Assembly: GCA_965248475.1 (NCBI GenBank)
Contig: OZ252106.1
Location: 1,337,365 to 1,401,364 of the forward strand
DNA from: Dehalococcoidia bacterium
GTDB taxonomy: Bacteria; Chloroflexota; Dehalococcoidia; Lucifugimonadales; G965248475
DNA length: 64,000 bases
Reading direction: 5' to 3'
Shown: positions 36,723 to 46,255 of the stretch, in pieces
Position numbering within the stretch: position 1 is the stretch's first letter
Layout of the letters: each line of letters starts with the position of its first letter
The notes under the pieces: generated by a model
The model's database searches: none
Seen by the model: only the letters and a program-made list of their open reading frames with translations
Told to the model about the DNA's origin: nothing
Position numbers and translations under genes: made by a program

Positions 36723-37308
36723 ATGGAAGATGAAAACCAACTAGTCAGGCGCAGTCAGCAGGGTGAGCTGGACGCCTTCAACCAGTTGGTGGAGCGATAC
36801 GTAGGGCCAGGTTGTACACCTGGCCCTACGTATGTTGAGCGACCAGGCACTGGCCACCGACGCCGCCCAGGAGGCGTTCATTTCGGCATATCGAGGGATC
36901 AAGGGATTTCGAGGGGGCAACCTGAGGTCCTGGTTTCTCCGAATCACAGCTAACGCCTGCAAGGATATGCTCCGCTCCGCCAAGGCCAGACCCACCCTAT
37001 CTCTGGACGCACTGGAGCTTACGCCGGCGGCAATGCCCCGGTCACACGAGGAGTCGCCCGAAGATAGCGCACTGCGGCAGGAGCTGGGACGTGAGATCGG
37101 CCAGGGGTTGAACACGCTTCCTCATGACCAGCGACTGGCCCTGGTACTGGTCGATATTCAAGGTTTCAGCTATGAAGAGGCGGCCCAGACGATGGGAAAG
37201 CCAGTCGGCACAGTAAAGTCACGCCTCAGCAGGGCCAGGGAGCATATGCGCGAATATCTGAGGAGCAGGCCGGAACTTTTACCCGTCCGGTTCCGTCTGG
37301 ATGTATAG
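36723..37308 (+). pseudogene. ECF sigma factor with +1 frameshift at ~36801
   Basis: MEDENQLVRRSQQGELDAFNQLVERY in one frame; DAAQEAF..SWFLRIT..GTVKSRLSRAR in the next. Confidence 0.85.
37272..37298 (+). promoter_or_regulatory. ECF-type promoter upstream of the anti-sigma gene
   Basis: GGAACT-N16-CGTCT. Confidence 0.6.
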
Positions 37309-37320
37309 GGAGAGTAGACC

Positions 37321-37959
37321 ATGAGGCTGCTTCAGCGAGACAGACACCGGCGGAACGATCTTTCCGCCTATTTGGACGGCCAGCTTGACCCCCGCACGCG
37401 AGAGTCAGTGGAGGGCCATCTGACCGGGTGCGCCTCCTGCCGACAGGAGTTGGAGGAGCTGAGGACGATGGTCGGTCTGCTGCAACGGGTCACTCAGGTA
37501 GAGACGCCACGCTCCTTCACACTGTCGGAGGCGCCCACGATGGCACCGGCGTGGACGGTCCGCTACACGACCCCGCTGAGATACGCCACGGCAACGGCGG
37601 CGCTGCTACTGATAGTCGTGGTCACGGGCGACCTGGTGGCGTCGTCTCAGGTTTCAGAGCCGATCCCAGCGACCATGGAGGCCGAACAAGAAACTGGATT
37701 TACAGAGGCTGAGGCACCGGCTATGGAGATGGCGGCTCCCGATGAGATGTCCGCACCCGCACCGGAGGCAGGCGCAGAGATGCGATCCGCGGACGGCGAT
37801 GCAAGCGGGGAACTAGAGCCAAGCCAGGCTCCCGACGAACCGGACACAACAAATATGCTCCTTAGGTGGGTAGAGGCCGCACTGGGCCTGCTAGTCGCAG
37901 CGCTGATTGTATCGGCGGCGGTCCAATGGCGTACCGCCCGGCGTATCAGGGCCGGGTAG
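37321..37959 (+). CDS. Zn-binding (ZAS) transmembrane anti-sigma factor
   Basis: LSAYLDGQL..HLTGCASC (HxxxCxxC), two TM. Confidence 0.9.
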   Translation: MRLLQRDRHRRNDLSAYLDGQLDPRTRESVEGHLTGCASCRQELEELRTMVGLLQRVTQVETPRSFTLSEAPTMAPAWTVRYTTPLRYATATAALLLIVVVTGDLVASSQVSEPIPATMEAEQETGFTEAEAPAMEMAAPDEMSAPAPEAGAEMRSADGDASGELEPSQAPDEPDTTNMLLRWVEAALGLLVAALIVSAAVQWRTARRIRAG

Positions 37960-37972
37960 CCCCACGACCCGT

Positions 37973-37999
37973 GGAACCTTTCGGCGGGGGGATTCGTCT
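37973..37999 (+). promoter_or_regulatory. ECF-type promoter upstream of the SIMPL gene
   Basis: GGAACC-N16-CGTCT. Confidence 0.65.
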
Positions 38000-38062
38000 G
38001 GGATAGTGAAGGCAAATAAATCAGCCACAAGGCAAGCCACAGGATTAAGAAGGAGAAAAGCG

Positions 38063-38888
38063 ATGATCGGCAAAAGGATAGTCACGGCAGTAATGGCACT
38101 GGGGGATAGTGGTAATGGTAGCCGGATGCACCCAGGCGGGGACCCCGGGACCCTCCACGGGCAACGGGCCATTGTTCCTGGGAAGCAGCGCGCTGGAGGC
38201 GGCGGGGTTGACGACATTCGCCGCGCCACAGGCCAACGGCACGCAGCAGGCAGGCATATGGGTCGGCGGCTCCGGGCGCGTAGCCGTAAAGCCGGACCTG
38301 ACGCTGCTGACGCTGGGTGTAGAGGCGCGGGCCGATACAGTGGAGCAGGCCCGCAGCGACGCCGCCACCGCAATGGCCGCCGTCATGGCAGTGCTCACAG
38401 AGAGCGGTATCCAGGAACAGGACATCCGAACCCAGTACTTCAGCATCCAGCCTGAGTACGTCTGGAACGACTCGGCAAGGCAGCAGGAGCTGGCCGGGTA
38501 CCGGGTGACCAATACGGTATCGGTAAAGGTGCGTGATCTTGAGAGCGTGGGTACTCTGATCGACGACGTAGCTAACGCCGGCGGAAACCTGGTACGCATC
38601 AATAACATCAGCTTCAGTATCGAGGACCCGGAGCAGTACGCCGCCCAGGCCAGGGAAGCGGCCGCGCAGGACGCTATGGCAAAGGCCCAGCAGTTCGCTC
38701 AGCTGACAGGTGTTACGCTGGACAGACTGGTGTACATCGCGGAGACCAGCGCCAGCATCCCAGTGGCACGTCAGTACGACGGCGACGCAATGGCCTTCGC
38801 GGAAGCAGCAGCGGCACCGCCTACACCCATAAGCGGTGGGGAGATGGACATCACCATTAGAGTGCAGGCCGTGTTCAGCATCGCCTAG
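38063..38888 (+). CDS. SIMPL (DUF541) lipoprotein; +1 frameshift in G5 run 38101-38105
   Basis: GSGRVAVKPD, GYRVTN, AREAA.QDA.AKA; removing one G gives MIGKRIVTAVMALGIVVMVAGC. Confidence 0.85.
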
Positions 38889-38905
38889 CAAGACCGCAGC
38901 GATAT

Positions 38906-38942
38906 AACAGAGAGGGCGCTCAGAGTGGGCGCCCTCTCTGTT
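38906..38942. terminator. Intrinsic terminator-like hairpin
   Basis: AACAGAGAGGGCGC..GCGCCCTCTCTGTT. Confidence 0.7.
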
Positions 38943-38987
38943 GCGCCTATCAGAAGCAGCACATTACAATAGCAGCGAGCGATCAAG

Positions 38988-39629
38988 ATGGTACTAAGCG
39001 ACAGAACTATCCGAGAGGAGCTGGCCTGCGGGCGGATCGTAATCGAGCCCATGGATGAGTCATGCATCCAGCCGGCCTCGGTAGATATCCATCTGGACAG
39101 TGCGATACGCATCTTCCGCCCTTGGAAGCCGCCCTATTACATCGACCTGCGCCAGGAGCTGGACGAGTTGACGGAGGTTGAGGAGATCCCCCAGGATGGC
39201 CACTTTGCCCTTGGGCCGGGTCAGTTCGTGCTAGGCAGCACCGTGGAGCACGTAGAGTTGCCGGACGACATAATCGGCCGGCTGGAAGGCAAGAGTTCGC
39301 TGGGTCGTATCGGACTGCTGATCCACGCCACCGCCGGATACGTGGACCCCGGTTGGAAAGGCAAGCTAACCCTGGAGCTAAGCAACGTCTCCGCCATGCC
39401 TATTCTGCTGTACCCCGGGATGAAGATAAGCCAGATATCGTTCCATCGCATGACCACTCCGGCCGACCGGCCTTACGGCAGCCCCGGCCTGGGTAGCAAG
39501 TACCAGGGGCAGGATGCAGCCACCCCTACCCGCTTCTACCGGGAGTTCTCCCAGGGTTCAACAGCGAGCCAGGCCAGCGACCCATTGGCTGGCGAAGCCG
39601 AACAGCGAGAACCGACCAGGGACAGCTAG
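38988..39629 (+). CDS. dcd: dCTP deaminase
   Basis: IQPASVD, EGKSSLGRIGL, AGYVDPGW, SKYQGQ. Confidence 0.95.
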   Translation: MVLSDRTIREELACGRIVIEPMDESCIQPASVDIHLDSAIRIFRPWKPPYYIDLRQELDELTEVEEIPQDGHFALGPGQFVLGSTVEHVELPDDIIGRLEGKSSLGRIGLLIHATAGYVDPGWKGKLTLELSNVSAMPILLYPGMKISQISFHRMTTPADRPYGSPGLGSKYQGQDAATPTRFYREFSQGSTASQASDPLAGEAEQREPTRDS

Positions 39630-40720
39630 TGGCTCAAGGCACCCCCTACATGCGTCGCGCCCTGCGCCTGGCCCGCCGCGCACAGGGTACCACCAGCCCC
39701 AACCCAGCCGTCGGCGCGGTCCTGGTCAGGGACGGCGAAATAGTAGGCGAAGGCCATACCCAGCCTTCCGGCCAGGAACATGCTGAGATCGTCGCACTGA
39801 GACAGGCGGGAGAGAAGGCCCGGGGCTCCACGCTCTACGTCAGCCTGGAGCCGTGCAGCCACCATGGTCGTACGCCACCCTGCACTGACGCCATCATTCA
39901 GGCCGGGGTCAGTGAGGTGCGCTTTGCTACGCTGGACCGCAACCCACAGGTAGGCGGAAGCGGCAGGCATGCGTTGGAGCGTGCCGGCATCGCTGTGGCC
40001 GCCGGCGAGGAGGAGGAAAGCACCGTCAGGTTAAACGAGGCGTTCTTCAAATGGGTCACTACCGGCCTGCCCTACGTGACGGCCAAGTTCGCCGCAAGCC
40101 TGGACGGAAAGATAGCCACCCGCACCGGCGACTCCCGATGGATCACCGGCGAAGCTGCCCGACGCCGGGCGCACAGGCTGCGAGCCATGTCCGATGCCGT
40201 GATGGTCGGAGTTGGCACCGTGCTGACCGACGACCCGCAACTTACGGCCAGGAACCGCCAGGACAGGCCCCTGCGCCGCCAGCCCATACGCATAGTGGTG
40301 GACAGCATGGGTCGGACGCCGACGGGCGCCCGCTTATTCCAGGAACAGGGCCAGATACTTGTGGCGGGGGCACAGGTTCCGCAGGAGCACAAGGAGAGCC
40401 TGGAGCGAGCCGGCGCGGAGGTCATGGACCTGCCCGCCGGAGACAGCTCAGTAGACCTGAAGGCACTTCTCGCTCTATTGGGACAACGGGACGTGACCAG
40501 TGTCCTGGTGGAGGGAGGCAGCACGCTTCTGGGGTCACTCTTCGACCAGCGGCTCGTGGACAAGGTCGTTGCATTCATAGCGCCTGTTATCATCGGCGGC
40601 GCGTCGGCGACAACGGCGGTGGGCGGTGACGGAAGCGCGACCATCGCCCAGGCACTACGGCTGTGCGAGGTGCATACAACCAGGTTGGGTACGGACCTGA
40701 TGGTGGAGGGGTATACTTGA
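39629..40720 (+). CDS. ribD: Riboflavin deaminase/reductase
   Basis: SPNPAVG, HAE, LEPCSHHGRTPPC, SLDGKIA, VEGG. Confidence 0.96.
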   Translation: MAQGTPYMRRALRLARRAQGTTSPNPAVGAVLVRDGEIVGEGHTQPSGQEHAEIVALRQAGEKARGSTLYVSLEPCSHHGRTPPCTDAIIQAGVSEVRFATLDRNPQVGGSGRHALERAGIAVAAGEEEESTVRLNEAFFKWVTTGLPYVTAKFAASLDGKIATRTGDSRWITGEAARRRAHRLRAMSDAVMVGVGTVLTDDPQLTARNRQDRPLRRQPIRIVVDSMGRTPTGARLFQEQGQILVAGAQVPQEHKESLERAGAEVMDLPAGDSSVDLKALLALLGQRDVTSVLVEGGSTLLGSLFDQRLVDKVVAFIAPVIIGGASATTAVGGDGSATIAQALRLCEVHTTRLGTDLMVEGYT

Positions 40721-40809
40721 AATATCAGCCCTTTGAGCCTGCTCACAGTAGTAGGCATGCTGACTGAATCAACCACCTTAGAAGATTGCGGGATTAAGGC
40801 AAAGGAACT

Positions 40810-41397
40810 TTGTTCACTGGAATCGTAGAAGAGGTCGGCAGTATAGCCGAGAAGACGCCAACAAGGCTGGTAGTGCGAGCTAGGACCACGCTGGAGGGTA
40901 CCCGCGTAGGTGACAGCATAGCCATCAACGGGACCTGCCTCACGGTGGTGGAGCTTCGTGACGGAACCCTGGCCGTGGACGTTGTCCCTGAGTCGCTGAG
41001 GCGCACCAACCTGGATAAGATCGCTGCGGGAGACCCGGTAGACTTGGAACGCGCCGTGGCAGTCGGTGACCGGCTGGGCGGGCACATGGTGCAGGGCCAC
41101 GTGGAAGCAACCGGTGATGTCGTCAGCCTTCAGCCGGACGGCGAGGCGGTGATTATGGAGTTTCAGGCACCGCCGGACATCATGCGTTATGTGGTGGCCA
41201 AGGGGTTTATAGCTGTTGACGGCATCAGCCTGACCGTGGTGGGATGTGATTCTACCTCCTTCACCGTATCTGTGATACCATACACGCTGGAAAACACAGT
41301 ACTCGGGTCCCGTCATGCGGGCGACCTCGTGAACCTGGAGACCGATATCGTCGCTCGTTACGTGGAGCGACTGATGAAGGGCCAAGAAGAGTCGTAA
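40810..41397 (+). CDS. ribE: Riboflavin synthase alpha chain
   Basis: MFTGIVEE, SIAINGTCLTV, GGHMVQGHV. Confidence 0.96.
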   Translation: MFTGIVEEVGSIAEKTPTRLVVRARTTLEGTRVGDSIAINGTCLTVVELRDGTLAVDVVPESLRRTNLDKIAAGDPVDLERAVAVGDRLGGHMVQGHVEATGDVVSLQPDGEAVIMEFQAPPDIMRYVVAKGFIAVDGISLTVVGCDSTSFTVSVIPYTLENTVLGSRHAGDLVNLETDIVARYVERLMKGQEES

Positions 41398-41422
41398 CCG
41401 GGAGCCGAACGAGAGGAACATC

Positions 41423-42640
41423 ATGCCACTGTGTACTGTAGAAGAGGCGGTGGAGGACATGCGCCAGGGCAAGATCATCATCATTGTGGATGATGAGGAC
41501 CGTGAGAACGAAGGCGACATGGCCATGGCGGCGGAGCACGTGACGGCGGAAGCCATCTCGTTCATGGCCACATACGCCCGAGGCCTTATCTGTTTGCCCA
41601 TAATAGGCGCCAGACTGGACCAACTGCGCCTCCCCATGATGGTCCCGGACAACACCGCACGCTTGGGTACGGCATTCACCGTCTCGATAGACGCTGTGCA
41701 GGACACCACCACGGGTATATCCGCCAACGACCGTGCGATCACGGTGAAAGCAATGGTGGACCCGCTGACCAAGCCGGAGGACCTGGCAAGGCCAGGCCAC
41801 ATGTTCCCGTTGCGCTACGCCGAAGGCGGCGTGCTGGTCCGGGCAGGGCAAACGGAGGCCGTTGTAGACCTGGCCAGGATGGCCGGCCTGTACCCCGCGG
41901 GCATCGTCTGCGAGGTCATGAACGAGGACGGAACGATGGCCAGGATGCCCCACCTGGACAAGATATCCGAGGAGCACGGGCTCAAGATAATCAGTGTCGC
42001 CCAGATCATGGCATACCGCCAGCAGCACGAAACTCTGGTAGAGCGAGTGGCGGAGTCCCGCCTGCCGACCCGGTACGGTGAGTTCACCGCAATCGCCTAC
42101 AAGAGTGCCATAGACGCCGACGAGCACGTTGCGATGGTCACAGGCGACGTGAACACGGAGGAACCGGTCCTGGTCCGTGTCCACAGCCAGTGCCTCACCG
42201 GCGACACATTCGGCAGCCTGCGCTGCGACTGTGGAGAGCAGATCGAAAAGTCGTTGCAGATGATCAGTGAGGAAGGCCGTGGGGTATTCCTGTACATGCG
42301 CCAGGAAGGGCGTGGCATTGGCCTGCACAACAAGCTGAAGGCCTACCAGCTACAGGACGGCGGCCTTGACACGGTGGAGGCCAACCAGGAGCTGGGGTTT
42401 CCACCCGACCTGCGATGGTACGGGATCGGAGCGCAGATCCTGGTGGACCTGGGCGTGAAGAACATGCGCCTGATTACCAACAACCCCAAGAAGGTGGTGG
42501 GCCTGGAGAGCTACGGCCTCAACCTTGTGGAGCGGGTGCCCATTATCATACCGCCCAACTCCGAGAACGAACGTTACCTGTCCACCAAGCGCACCAAGCT
42601 GGGACATTTCCTGGATCCGGAAAGCGCAGAAACCCCTTAG
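41423..42640 (+). CDS. ribBA: DHBP synthase / GTP cyclohydrolase II
   Basis: DDEDRENEGD, RPGHMFPL, RVHSQCLTGD, RCDCGEQ. Confidence 0.96.
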   Translation: MPLCTVEEAVEDMRQGKIIIIVDDEDRENEGDMAMAAEHVTAEAISFMATYARGLICLPIIGARLDQLRLPMMVPDNTARLGTAFTVSIDAVQDTTTGISANDRAITVKAMVDPLTKPEDLARPGHMFPLRYAEGGVLVRAGQTEAVVDLARMAGLYPAGIVCEVMNEDGTMARMPHLDKISEEHGLKIISVAQIMAYRQQHETLVERVAESRLPTRYGEFTAIAYKSAIDADEHVAMVTGDVNTEEPVLVRVHSQCLTGDTFGSLRCDCGEQIEKSLQMISEEGRGVFLYMRQEGRGIGLHNKLKAYQLQDGGLDTVEANQELGFPPDLRWYGIGAQILVDLGVKNMRLITNNPKKVVGLESYGLNLVERVPIIIPPNSENERYLSTKRTKLGHFLDPESAETP

Positions 42641-42654
42641 CCAGCGGCAACAGC

Positions 42655-43128
42655 ATGGCACGGCAGTTGAAGGGTGAGCTGGACGGCGCGGGACTGCGCA
42701 TCGCCATAGTGGTAGCCCGGTTCAACGAACACGTTACCTCCCTTTTACTTCAAGGCGCACTGGACGGTCTGGCCGAGCATGGAGTTCGTGACCGGGACGT
42801 TACGGTAGCATGGGTTCCAGGCTCCTTCGAGATACCCATAGCCGCAAAGGCGATCGCCCGGCAGGGCAACGTAGACGCCATAGTATGCGTGGGCGCTGTG
42901 ATCCGCCACGAGACCGACCACTACAGATACGTTGCAGGCGAAGCGGCACGTGGCATTGCCGACGTGAGCCGCGAGACGGGTATCCCCGCGATGTTCGGCA
43001 TACTGACCACGGAAACTGATGAGCAGGCACTAGCCCGCGCAGGTGGCGCTGAGGGCAACAAGGGACACGATTCCGCCCTGGCTGCCATAGATATGGCCAA
43101 CCTTCTGCGGCACATGCGCGGGGAGTAG
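42655..43128 (+). CDS. ribH: Lumazine synthase
   Basis: VVARFN, VPGSFEIP, GAVIRHETDH, GNKG. Confidence 0.95.
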   Translation: MARQLKGELDGAGLRIAIVVARFNEHVTSLLLQGALDGLAEHGVRDRDVTVAWVPGSFEIPIAAKAIARQGNVDAIVCVGAVIRHETDHYRYVAGEAARGIADVSRETGIPAMFGILTTETDEQALARAGGAEGNKGHDSALAAIDMANLLRHMRGE

Positions 43129-43145
43129 AGGCACCGCAACCCGCC

Positions 43146-43721
43146 ATGAGCGAAGATGAGAAGAGGCGGTGCTTCGGCGGGCCGGACGACCCGCTGATGA
43201 TGCGCTACCACGACGAAGAGTGGGGAGTCCCATCCCACGACGTCAGGCATCTGTTCGAACTGCTGGTGCTGGAAGGGGCGCAAGCAGGCCTCTCATGGCA
43301 GACCATCCTGAGAAAGCGCGAGAACTACCGCAAGGCGTTTGACAACTTCGATCCGGTTAAGGTCGCCGCCTACGGAGATTCGGACAGGGAACGGTTGCTG
43401 GCAGACGCAGGGATAGTACGCAACCGGCTGAAGATACAAGCTCCCATAAGCAATGCAGAAAGCCTGCTGAAGATCCAGCGGGAGCCCGACGGCTTCGATA
43501 GGTTCATCTGGGCTTTCACCGGCCACGACACGTTGAGAACGCCCGGCGTAATCACGATGGAGAACATACCAGCCAAGACGGCGGAGTCGGAGGCCATGTC
43601 CAAGGAGCTGCGGGCCCGTGGCTTCCGCTTCGTAGGGCCCACCATCTGCTACGCATTCATGCAGGCGGCGGGCATGGTCAACGACCACATAAGCGACTGT
43701 TTCAGAGCCCCCGCGGGCTGA
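43146..43721 (+). CDS. tag: DNA-3-methyladenine glycosylase I
   Basis: YHDEEWG, EGAQAGLSW, FVGPTICYAFMQA. Confidence 0.95.
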   Translation: MSEDEKRRCFGGPDDPLMMRYHDEEWGVPSHDVRHLFELLVLEGAQAGLSWQTILRKRENYRKAFDNFDPVKVAAYGDSDRERLLADAGIVRNRLKIQAPISNAESLLKIQREPDGFDRFIWAFTGHDTLRTPGVITMENIPAKTAESEAMSKELRARGFRFVGPTICYAFMQAAGMVNDHISDCFRAPAG

Positions 43722-43770
43722 GGCCACTCCGCATCCCACAGGCGTCCCGCAGGCCTCGCGGGCGGATGAA

Positions 43771-44052
43771 CTAAGAGGCAACCCTGGCCTTCTGCCACTC
43801 CCTCAGCTTTTCAATCACCTCTCTAGCTTCAGGCCAGTGGTGAGGGTTGTGGCTGTGCTGAAGTACCAGATCATCGTTGAAGTATATGTGGAAGGTACCA
43901 TGACCCGAAGGCACAAGACGGCACCCGCCAACGGAATCGCCGAACTGGTGGAGGATTTCGCCCGCTATCCAAGCGGCCCGGAGTGCCTCCCCTCAGAGGT
44001 GGCAGTAGTGTATGGTGATTTCAACCTTGTCCTGCTCCATCCCAACCTCCAT
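43771..44052 (-). CDS. Rdx/SelW-family selenoprotein (CxxU), UGA at 43993-43995
   Basis: MEVGMEQDKVEITIHYCHL-U-GEALRAAWIAGEILHQFG..LVPSGHGTFHIYFN..WPE; hairpin CCGCT-TGGAT-AGCGG just 3' of UGA; selA in window. Confidence 0.88.
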
Positions 44053-44224
44053 GGACTCCTTCTCTGAAGTGTATCACGGGCCCGAACGGTAGAACAAGGA
44101 ATGACGTTCAGGAAGACCTGGATGCCGGAACTGACCTTCCATCTCTTGACCCCGGATAACGGTAACGGAACCGTGCTACGGACAAACCAGAAGCCGGTAC
44201 TCTAATCGCGCAGCAGCAGGTTAT

Positions 44225-45115
44225 CTATACGGGCAGGTCTATCTGGTAGCCGCTGAGAAGGTCATTGAGAAAGGTCTCAGTCTTTTCGTCGGGGTCGTTG
44301 AGGGGCAGACGGGTGCTGCCAACATTAAACCCGGCCCGGTTGACGCAGTACTTGACTGAAATTGGGTTGGCCACCACAAAGAGGCCCTTGAAGATGGGCA
44401 ACATCCGGCGGTGCTCGGCGGCGGCACCCGCCACGCTGCCATCCAGGAACATCTGCATCATGCCTTTGATCTGGCGGCCCACCAGGTGGGAGGCCACGCT
44501 AACTACACCGTACCCACCCAGGCACATGATGCTGAATGTATCGGCATCGTTGCCGCTCCATACCCGGAACCCGTCATCCGCACCTTCGATGATGGTTGCG
44601 ATCTGGTCGAAGTCGGCGCTGGCCTCCTTCACACCGATGATGTTGGGCACCTGGCTTAGCCGAAGGGTGGTCTCAGCGGACAGATTAGTTATAGTGCGGC
44701 TAGGCACGTTGTACAGGATGCACGGAAGATCGGTGCTCTCCGCTATGGCCTTGAAATGAAGGTAGAGGCCCTCCTGCGTAGGTTTGTTGTAGTAGGGAAC
44801 CACCAGGAGGACGGCATCCGCACCAACCTCCTGGGCGTCCTCTGTGTACTCAACGGCTTCGGCGGTGCTGTTGCTGCCGGTGCCGGCCACCACACTGCGT
44901 TTCCCCTGTAGCACATCATGGATCTCGGCAAACAGGCGGGTCTGCTCAATCCGGGTAAGGGCGGGCGATTCGCCAGTGGTGCCGGCCACGACTACGCCAT
45001 CGCTACCTGATTCCACCAGGGCAGTGGCCAGCCGTCTGGCCTGTTCGTAGTCCAAGTAACCCTGATCGTCAAAGGGCGTGACCATCGCTGTCAGAAGTCT
45101 GCCTATCTCCGCCAT
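44225..45115 (-). CDS. dapA: 4-hydroxy-tetrahydrodipicolinate synthase
   Basis: TAMVTPF, GTTGES, PYYNKP, LYNVPSRT, GVKEAS. Confidence 0.96.
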   Translation of the reverse strand: MAEIGRLLTAMVTPFDDQGYLDYEQARRLATALVESGSDGVVVAGTTGESPALTRIEQTRLFAEIHDVLQGKRSVVAGTGSNSTAEAVEYTEDAQEVGADAVLLVVPYYNKPTQEGLYLHFKAIAESTDLPCILYNVPSRTITNLSAETTLRLSQVPNIIGVKEASADFDQIATIIEGADDGFRVWSGNDADTFSIMCLGGYGVVSVASHLVGRQIKGMMQMFLDGSVAGAAAEHRRMLPIFKGLFVVANPISVKYCVNRAGFNVGSTRLPLNDPDEKTETFLNDLLSGYQIDLPV

Positions 45116-45190
45116 TTCACATCTCTCCAACGGTATTTGAGGAGTGTATCACAGGTATGTAGCCGCCCGCGTCGGGCAGGTGGGTGTCTC

Positions 45191-46243
45191 CTAACGGCGG
45201 GCAGCACCTGCGCGGGTTTTGTCGAGGAGGTCCCGCTTCAAGACCTCCTCGGCGATCTGTACCGCGTTGAGAGCGGCACCCTTACGCAGGTCATCGGCCA
45301 CTATCCACATGGCCAGGGAGTTGGGATGGGCGAGACCCTCCCGTATGCGTCCCACAAACACCTCGTCCCGTCCGGTGGCGTCTATAGGAAGCGGGTACAG
45401 GTTATGTGAAGGGTCGTCCACCACCGCCACTCCGGGTGCGTTGGACAGTATCTCCCGTGCTTCCTTAGGCGACATGGGATGAGTGAACTCCACGTTCACC
45501 GCTTCGCTGTGACTCAGATACACAGGCACACGGACGCAGGTCGCACCCACGGGCAGGTCCGGCAGGTGCATTATCTTGCGCGTCTCCGCAACCATCTTCC
45601 ATTCCTCAACGGTGTAGCCGTTGTCCAGAAAGGCATCCACAAAAGGTATTACGTTGAAGGCGATCTGATGCGGGTACACCTCGGCAGAGGTCTCTTCGCC
45701 GGCCATCACCTGGCGTATTTGCCGGTTCAGCTCATCCACAGCCACCGTCCCTGTACCGGCTACGGCCTGGTAGGTGGAGACAACGATACTCTTGACTGGA
45801 TTGACCTGGTGCAGTGGGTTCAAGGCCACCACCATTTGTATGGTGGAGCAGTTGGGGTTGGCGATAATGCCGCTGTGCCCCACCAGGTCTTCCGGGTTGA
45901 CCTCAGGCACCACCAGAGGCGACTGTTGGTCCATCCGAAAGGCCGAGCTGTTGTCCACCACAACCGCGCCCGACCGGGCTGCGATGGGGGAGAATCGCTC
46001 GCTTATATCGGCCCCGGCGGAAAATAAGGCAAGGTCTATGCCATGAAAGGAGTCGTCGGTGGTCTCCTCCACTGGAAGCTCCTCACCCCTGAAGACCAAA
46101 CGCCTGCCTGCGGAGCGGTCCGAAGCAAACAGATGGAGGGAGTTAATTGGGACGCTCCAACCTTCCAGTATCTTTAGAAACTCGCTACCAACAAGGCCGG
46201 TGGCCCCGACTACAGCGACATTTATTTCCGGCGACTCTGGCAA
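45191..46243 (-). CDS. asd: Aspartate-semialdehyde dehydrogenase
   Basis: VVGATGLVG, DNSSAFRM, ANPNCST, TCVRVPV. Confidence 0.96.
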   Translation of the reverse strand: MPESPEINVAVVGATGLVGSEFLKILEGWSVPINSLHLFASDRSAGRRLVFRGEELPVEETTDDSFHGIDLALFSAGADISERFSPIAARSGAVVVDNSSAFRMDQQSPLVVPEVNPEDLVGHSGIIANPNCSTIQMVVALNPLHQVNPVKSIVVSTYQAVAGTGTVAVDELNRQIRQVMAGEETSAEVYPHQIAFNVIPFVDAFLDNGYTVEEWKMVAETRKIMHLPDLPVGATCVRVPVYLSHSEAVNVEFTHPMSPKEAREILSNAPGVAVVDDPSHNLYPLPIDATGRDEVFVGRIREGLAHPNSLAMWIVADDLRKGAALNAVQIAEEVLKRDLLDKTRAGAARR

Positions 46244-46255
46244 TGGGGTCTCCTT

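Noticed and set aside
38943-40810. FMN riboswitch for the rib operon
   Set aside because: ribD is coupled to dcd and the short intergenic gaps show no RFN consensus
40072-41802. 576-aa minus-strand ORF
   Set aside because: Antisense shadow of ribD/ribE/ribBA
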